Origin: Phaeosaccion multiseriatum
Taxonomy: Eukaryota; Protista; Ochrophyta, other classes
NCBI GenBank assembly: GCA_965112735.1
Contig: OZ218952.1
Location: forward strand, 682,001-746,000
Direction of reading: 5' to 3'
DNA length: 64,000 bases
In this document: positions 58,254 to 64,000 of the stretch, in pieces
Layout: every line of letters starts with the position of its first letter
Numbering within the stretch: the stretch's first letter is position 1
Made by a program: the position numbers and the translations under genes
Notes under the pieces: generated by a model
What the model saw: the letters and a program-made list of their open reading frames with translations, nothing else
Databases searched by the model: none
What the model was told of the DNA's origin: nothing

Positions 58254-58508
58254 ACCTCTAAAAAAAAAAAAGGAGAAAGGAAAGAAAAAGAAAGAAAAAA
58301 AGAAAAAAGCAACAAATGAATTCTCAGTTTAAGTTCTTTGGTGCTAATGTTCCCCCCCCCCCCTTTTATTATAATAGAAGGACTTCACAACCCAGAGAGT
58401 TCTTCTCTCTTGATGAAAACGTTTAACGCTTCCTCTCTTTGTTAATGTGAAGCTTTCATAGGAGAGGGAAGGAATGAGAGGAGCAGCAGCGACATCAAAG
58501 ACAACATC

Positions 58509-59706
58509 ATGAATAGTGCTCGAATCGTCGGGGTCGGGGAAGATAGTGGAGAGAGAGAGAGTGTAGGGTGTGTAAGCGGAAAGACGAAGACGGCAAGTGA
58601 GAGTGCGAAGCAGACGAAGGAGAACAAAACGAAGAGACGAAAGAATCAGGAAGAGGAGAAGGCGGAGGTTGAAAGGGAGTACACCGACGAGGTGGAGGTC
58701 GTCGAAGAGGAGGATAATAACCCCGTCTACAGTGTTGTCGAATCTGATGATGAGGTTGATGTTGAGGAGGTTGGGCAAGATGTGGTGGACGTGACCAGTG
58801 AGACGGAGGACAGCGAGGACCGCGCACCTACCCATTTCTGCCACATCGTTGCTCGACAGGGTCGGAATGGGACCACCAGGGGGCTTGGACTCCTTCCAAA
58901 CAAGGCGTGTATCCGCAGGGAGAATGCTTGGGTAGTGGAGACGCTCCAGCCGGACGGAGTGGGCCGTGAGACGGGCCAGGTATGTATGTCCTTGAGTGCT
59001 TGGTGGTTCTTCGGTGCGTGGAGTGAGGGTTCCTTGTGTGTTTGTATATACACACAGTTGTGTGGGTACGTGCATGAGTGTGTGCTATTGTACTGGGCTT
59101 GATGGCATCTTGCTGGCACTGTTGAGTTTCCCCCCCCCCCCCCCCCCCCCCCCACTGATGCTGCACACAGTGAAGACCGGTGTCACGCACTCTGTCTATG
59201 CTTGTGCCTCGGTTCAAGCCCTCATCTCTCTCTCTTTTTGTCTCCCTCTCTGTCTCTATGCCGTCTCTTTCTGCCTCTCGCTCTCCCCACCTCTCTTTTT
59301 CTCCCTTTCTCGCTCTCTCGCCCTCTCCCTCCCTTTCTCCCTCTCTACCCCCCCCTCTCTCCCACACACATACACACACATACGCAGGTAAGTCCTGGTG
59401 ACCGGCTGTGGCAACTCAACGGCCATCAGATTGCCGTGACTCCCAAGAAGGGGGGGGGGCGAACACCGGTCAACCAAAGGGTGGAAGAGGCTATCAAGGA
59501 TAGGCAGCAGATAGACAGTGGCCAGCGGCTCCTAGTCTATGTGTTTGAACGGGGCCCTGACTCCATCAAGCGCATGGCGACCATCAACCATCTCGACACG
59601 CGGGCGAGCTTTGTAACTGTGTGCCTGCCGGGGGCAGAGGCCAAGGCCACCGGCTTCGAGGTGGAGCATCAGCACATGACGGTAAGGGAGGGAGGGAGGG
59701 ACTGCG

Positions 59707-59741
<35 letters not shown>

Positions 59742-61215
59742 TGTGTGTGTGTGTGTGTGTGTGTGAGTGTGTGTGTGTGCTGCTGCTGCGCTACGTGCGG
59801 TTGATGGTGCACATCGACATAGACGCAAATAGGTATGACACGAGCACCTCATCGTTTCTCGCATTGATACTCAATCGTGTGTGTGCGTGTATGCGTGTGT
59901 GCGTGCGTGTGTGTGTTGCAGGTGAGGGCCGTAACCGAGGGGGGGCTGGCAGGGCTGGGCGGCGTAAAGGTCGGTATGCGTCTGCTGGCCATCAACGACG
60001 TGTTCCTCTTTGCCCAGGACTATAACTCAGATAAGGAGCTGGCTGAGCGCCTCACAATGCCCCCCCCGAACAGCGGTCCTTACTTGGTGCTGCTGTTCAG
60101 CCTAGCCCGTCAACCCGGAGGGGTGGAGCCTTTGCTAAGCAGCCGTGCGCTCATGTACTGTCTTGGCATTCCTGCTATATCGGCTAAGGAAGCGGCAAAA
60201 GCAGCAAAGAGTGGAGACAAGAGCAAGCGCAAGGCCAACAGGGGAAAGGGAATGAGAAAGGACAGCAGTAGCGAGGACGGGGATGAGGATGAGGAGGAGG
60301 AGGAGGAGGAGGAGGAGGAGAATGAAGAGGAGAGTGAAGAGGACGACAACACCAACGCCAACAGGGGAAAGGGAATGAGAAAGGACAGCAGTAGCGAGGA
60401 CGAGGATGAGGATGAGGAGGAGGAGGAGGAGGAGGAGGAGGAGAATGAAGAGGAGAGTGAAGAGGACGACAACACCCCGGACCCCCCCCTGGGCTTTAGG
60501 CTGTGGGAGGCCAAGGACGGAGTGAGGGTGGATAGAATGGTCGGATCCATCGACAGGAGCGACGACCCTCGCCAGGTCATGGAGGTGGCGGATGAGCAGG
60601 ACGGGCCCAACGGGACGCGCGTGCTACTGGGGGGCGATCTCGTGTGTGCCGTCAATAAAAGGAGCGTGCTGGGCATGAATTTGGTGGAGTTTCATGGGGT
60701 GCTTAGGGAGGAGAGGAGCAAGGTATGGAGGTCGCTGAACGAGGGCAACACGGGCGAGAAGGAGGGTGTGCTGCAGGGGCGGTTCCTGAGGGATGTGATG
60801 AAGCGGGAGGTGGTCATCACCTTCAAGCGACTGGCCATGCGCTTCCGCGGAGGTGAGGCCGACGACAAGGAGCGAGCAGCGCTACTCTACCAGTACCACC
60901 GAGGCGTGGCGCTAACTGCGCATGGCAATTTCATCGTCGTCGAGAAGCAGCAGCAACAGCAGCAGAGCTCGCAGAGCCGCCGGGATATTATCGTGAGCCT
61001 CTCATTCGGCACGGCACCCTTCCGAGTCGACAAGGAGAAGATGCGACATGTCGTGCCGGCAGAGGCGATAACGGCACAAAGGTGAGCGAGCGCGTGATGC
61101 GCAAGGCCGGGTGGGGACGAGTACGTGGTGTGTTTTGGTAAGAGTTAAGAGCACAAAAAAGCGGCGCAGGTTTACAAGTTTTTCAGCTGTTGTGTCGTTG
61201 TTGGTGGTGCTTCTG

Positions 61216-61291
<76 letters not shown>

Positions 61292-61753
61292 CGTGTTCTG
61301 TTTGGTACTTCCTGTGCCCTCGCCTCGTTTCCGTCGTCCCTCACTGCTGCGGGCGAGCACTGTCTCTGTCCAGACCGGCTGTTCCTCCTCTCTCCTCCTC
61401 CTCCTCCTCCTCCTCCTCCCCCTCCCCCTCCTCCTGACACTCTACATCCCTCTCCCCTCCCGCCCCCCCAGCGCCGATGACCCCCCCAGGCTCTGGTCAA
61501 GTGCAGTGACTCTGTGCCCCGAGCTGACGGGATCACGCGCTTTGGAATTCGAGATGATCATGGGTGAGTGGCGGTGGCGTCTGTTATGGACTGGTCTGCT
61601 GACTGCAAAGTATTTATATGTTCCTTTCCTTTTCTTTCCTTCTTCCCCTATTGGCGTTTTTTTGGTGTGTGGGCTTTCCTTTCCTTGGGTTGTCTCCTCA
61701 TCTTATCCTTCTGTTCCTTTTCTCTTCTCACTGTACAATGTATACATATATGC

Positions 61754-61798
<45 letters not shown>

Positions 61799-62171
61799 CG
61801 ACATGTTTGTTGCCCCTCGCAACTTCCAAGTCGGCCATGGAGTATCTGTAGAAAAGGCAGCAGGGGGAGCAGCAGGGCAAGCAGCAGCAATAGCAGGCCA
61901 GAGCAAGGCTGTCCGCAAGTGGGACACGAACAAGCACATGGGGCTTCTGTCTCCCTTTTTGCTGACGCTCCGCCACTCGGGGCCAGTCCTTGCGGCAATG
62001 CCTGCACAAGGAGCTGGGCATGAGGTGGCCGCCCTCCGATCCTCTCGGGCCACCGCCACCACCCCTACTGCTCGCAACCTCGCTGCTTCAATCAGCCGGG
62101 GACCGGAGTGGAACGGCGGGACGGCGTTCAAAACTCCAGTATGGACGGGAGAAAGGAGCAATGGCGGCGGC

Positions 62172-62222
<51 letters not shown>

Positions 62223-62344
62223 AAGAGTAGGGCGGAGCTGAGGGCGGAAAACAAGAAGCTAGGTCTGGCTACGGTGAAGGGCAGCGGTGGCCGCGGCACC
62301 ACCGCCACCACCACCACCACCACCACTACCACCACCACCACCAC

Positions 62345-62379
<35 letters not shown>

Positions 62380-64000
62380 GTGGTAAGAGTACGGAGCAGT
62401 TGAAGGTGGAGAAGAGCACCCTGGGTCTGGGAACGACAGCGGGGTTGGGCAAAGAGAGGGAAGGGGGGGCGAAAGGCAGCAAGAAGCAGGACAAGGAGAA
62501 GCAGCAGCCATCCTTTGGGAAGAAGGAGCAGCAGGGTAGCAGGAAGGAACGAGCAAGGCCTCCGCTTCCTCCACCCACAGGGCCTTCCCGAGCCAGAGGA
62601 CGGGGTCGAAAGCGACCCAGGCCGGCTGACAGCGTCACGTGTTCTGACGCGGACGATTCTTTTGACGAGGATGCCCTGCACGACAACGATTTCGACGAGG
62701 ACGACATCGACGGCCTAGACGGCTTGTCTGACCTGTGGGAGGACAATGAGGAGAAGGAGAAGGAGGAGGAGGAGGAGGAGGAGGAGGAGGAGGAGGGGGG
62801 GGGGTCGGCAGCCAAGGGGAGGGGGGGGGGGAAGGGGAAGGGGAGGGGGATGGGAGATGGAGCCAAGGACTCTGTAGAAGGAGGGGGAGGAGGGGCAGCA
62901 TTGAGACCAAGGAGGAGTCGTCGCCTGGTGAATTACAACGTCGATAGGAGTAAGTATGGGGACGAGGATGAGGAGGAGAGGTTGCTGAAGGAGGCGGAGA
63001 GTCAGAAGAAGGCGGAAGTGAGCTATAACAACACGCTGAGTCAAGAAGAGGCTTTGGAGGCGGCGCTGCAGGCGTCTCTGGAAGATGTGGCGCGCAAGGG
63101 TGATGAGAACGGGGGTGGAGAGGTGCGCTTGTTGAGCACAAGAAGCAGCGGAAGCAAACGCAGCACATGCAGGAGCAGAAGCAGGAGCTGCAACCGGAGC
63201 GGTGGCAGTAGCAGTGGCGCGGGTAGGAAGGGCCGGGCAAGGGATGCGGATGTGAGAGAGGACCAGGGAAAGGAGGAAGAGTATGATGGAGATAACAGGC
63301 GGAAGAGGAGGCGGAGGGGGGAAGGTGGCACAGACAGCGAGAAGGAGCCCAAGGACAAAGATAGAGACAGATCGAGGAGGAAGGAGAAGGAGAAGAGTCG
63401 GAGGAGGGAGAAGAAAAGGAAGAAGGAGAAGAGGAAGGGAAAAGACCGGAAAAGAGAGGAAGAAGGAGAAGAGAGGGGTCGGAAGGACGACAAGAAGAGG
63501 AGAAGAGAGAAAGATGGTGAGAGGAGCCGCCACCATCACCGCCGCCACGATCGCCATCACAAAGACAGAAGGGAGGAGCGAGAGGAGGGACGTGAAACTG
63601 TCACTGGGGAGGGGAAAGGAAGCACGTGGCCTGACACCAAGGAGAGGGGTAGAAGAGGTGGGAGGGAGGCTGAGACTCGGATGGAAGGAGTGAAGGGAAC
63701 GGAGGGCAGGAGTGAGGAACGGCCGAGTGGTGCGAGTGTACATGAAGGGAATGGGTGCTCAACCTCTCCACCAGGAAGGGGGGGGGCGGGAGGTGTAGTA
63801 GGTGGAGAGCAACAGCGGCAGCAACGGGGGCTCTCTGCTAGGGAGGTAATGCTCGAAGGCGGACGGCACGCAGCGGGAGGAGGAGGAGGGGGAGGAGCAG
63901 GAGGGGGAGGAGCAGGAGCAGGAGGAGAAGCAGGAGGGGAGGGACGAGGAGGAGACGGAGGAGGAGGAGGAGGAGGAGAAGAAGCACGAGGAAACGGAGG
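58509..64000 (+). CDS. Multi-PDZ-like protein, paralogue B (exons 58509-58979, 59388-59681, 59922-61081, 61472-61563, 61852->64000); runs off the window
   Basis: Same exon structure as paralogue A. The last exon stays open to the window end and contains UIM-like EEALEAALQASLED and an R/K/E-rich tail. Confidence 0.7.

Overview
Eukaryotic, intron-rich, GC-rich and microsatellite-laden genomic DNA, most likely from a photosynthetic stramenopile (ochrophyte alga): several genes carry bipartite signal + 'xSAF'-type plastid presequences. Manual splicing gives about 15 protein genes. They are a partial low-complexity gene, an IFT54/MIP-T3-type CH-domain protein, a membrane-anchored FKBP, an AlkB-family dioxygenase, a DUF1415-like protein, a GT69(CAP59)-GT32-bulb-lectin fusion, a plastid FBPase without redox cysteines, an intronless TauD, a PqqL-like M16 protease, a SAM methyltransferase, a WRKY19-like Zn-finger repeat protein, a degenerate 2OG oxygenase, and two tandem multi-PDZ paralogues that enclose a MITE-flanked 7TM-like gene. 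Mobile DNA consists of a 5'-truncated RLE-type non-LTR retrotransposon and a 192-bp MITE with 20-bp TIRs and a 7-bp TSD. The most interesting candidates are the bifunctional glycosyltransferase-lectin fusion, the PDZ/MITE/7TM/MITE/PDZ block with a gene-conversion tract, decoy duplicated 3' splice sites in FBPase, and complementary microsatellites at intron ends. All family assignments come from motif recognition by eye; no database search was run.
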